The notes under the pieces are model-generated. The model was not told the origin of the DNA. It searched no databases and saw only the letters and a list, made by a program, of their open reading frames with translations. 64,000 nucleotides of DNA from Phoronis australis (lineage: Eukaryota > Animalia > Phoronida), in NCBI GenBank assembly GCA_002633005.1, contig NMRA01000063.1, positions 1-64,000 on the forward strand, in the 5' to 3' direction. Positions 63,079 to 64,000 of the stretch are shown here, in pieces (position 1 is the first letter of the stretch; each line of letters opens with the position of its first letter). Position numbers and translations under genes: made by a program.

Positions 63079-63177
63079 TTATGCGTGTCGGATGTTTTGA
63101 CAACACCCCAGCAGCTTTCCGGTAGGCGTTGTATTTATGCATCTGACGGGTGACATTCTTCTCATAGTTAGCCAATT
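63053..63177 (-). CDS. POLB: POLB coding exon (human exons 2+3 equivalent), 8-kDa lyase domain: (E)[41 protein letters not shown]
   Basis: tttTAG acceptor and GTATGC donor; close match to Pol beta [23 protein letters not shown]. Confidence 0.96.
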
Positions 63178-63966
63178 CTAAAATTGATACAGGATAGATT
63201 GTACATACCACCCAGTCCTTGATACAGAATAGATTGTACAAACCACCCAGTCCTTGGTCAGCAAAAATACATCAATTTACAGATTATTAGAATAACAAGG
63301 CTGGAAGATATGTATGATGTTCAAGCTGATTGTAATTTTATTTAATATGGCAATGTACAATAACGGGATGGAAACAATTCCTGAAGCAGACTGCTACAAT
63401 CCCAAAACTTCAGTCCTGGACCACCCAACATAAACCATCAGGACAAATTCACAGACCCGCACATTTAACAATACAAATGCACCGAAAATGCCCCTAACCC
63501 AGAAACCAAACTACAGTCCCTGGGATCAGAATCCATGGCCGCACATCTAGTCCGAAGCTGCATTGAGAAGATTTCGGCACATCACAATTCCACTGGTTTT
63601 AGGATGAATGAACCTCCCGACTGGAAGATTTTGCTTTCTTATATCTGGAGATCAATTATTGTTATCCTAAAAAAATTAAACCAAAGACGGATTTTGGAAT
63701 CCCCCTACATACATGACCAAAAGATAAAAATGCCGTGGGCACACTGATAAAATGGCCTAATGGTATATTGGTTAATGGTAACTTTTGGTTGCAAAAGATA
63801 TTTTTAAAAGGATCTCGGAGGTTTCTTGCATCTTGTTTGATTGTATTTCAGCGGAGAAAAGGAAATCAAGTTTGTCAAAAAGAATCTGTCAATAGTGCTG
63901 TAAAGTGAAAGTGATACCAGCTCACCAGGGTACCAGTAAACATGGTTGGCTACTTTGGAACAAAAC

Positions 63967-64000
63967 TGTGTGTGTGTGTGTGTGTGCCTGTGTGTGTGTG
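63967..64000. repeat. (TG)n microsatellite
   Basis: Seen directly; runs off the window edge. Confidence 0.95.

Larger units (their letters stand above)
9499..63177 (-). other. POLB: DNA polymerase beta gene span (12 coding exons in window; exon 1 outside window)
   Basis: Twelve GT-AG exons (125, 75, 59, 50, 52, 55, 73, 71, 87, 50, 140, 95 nt) join in consistent phase into a stop-free Pol beta protein ending in TAA at 9501-9499. Exon sizes match the human POLB exon sizes as I recall them. Confidence 0.97.

Noticed and set aside
62747-63153. Overlapping + strand ORFs with repeated [12 protein letters not shown] peptides
   Set aside because: Antisense translations of the exon-derived minisatellite and the POLB exon.
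63924-63966. Minus-strand CTG|GTGAGC donor as the end of POLB exon 1
   Set aside because: The upstream frame does not resemble the Pol beta N-terminus (MSKRKAP...); exon 1 is probably beyond the window.

Overview
AT-rich eukaryotic genomic DNA, most likely from a marine invertebrate animal (inferred from the spliceosomal introns and the repeat repertoire). The only host gene is DNA polymerase beta (POLB) on the minus strand. Twelve GT-AG coding exons between 63177 and 9499 splice into one intact frame (932 nt) with the lyase lysine and the catalytic aspartates conserved; exon 1 lies beyond the right edge of the window. The ~54 kb of introns and the downstream flank are a nested mosaic of transposable elements: a full-length but disabled BEL/Pao LTR retrotransposon (5-bp TSD), a Kolobok deletion derivative (THAP plus a Cys-rich KolX-like remnant), a decayed Sola3-like element, three Helentron/DINE-1-like non-autonomous families, TA-TSD TIR elements, hAT-like MITEs with 5- and 6-bp TSDs, a solo LTR, and LINE/SINE remnants. 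The most interesting signals are: (1) more than 30 mostly co-oriented CTCF-like motifs carried by one Helentron-like family; (2) TIR elements carrying a HIRAN-like ORF; (3) a minisatellite built from a POLB exon end plus its splice donor; (4) a solo LTR with heat-shock elements and a TATA box. TE family names come from terminal structure and motif recall, not from database searches. No prokaryotic-type system (CRISPR or similar) is present.
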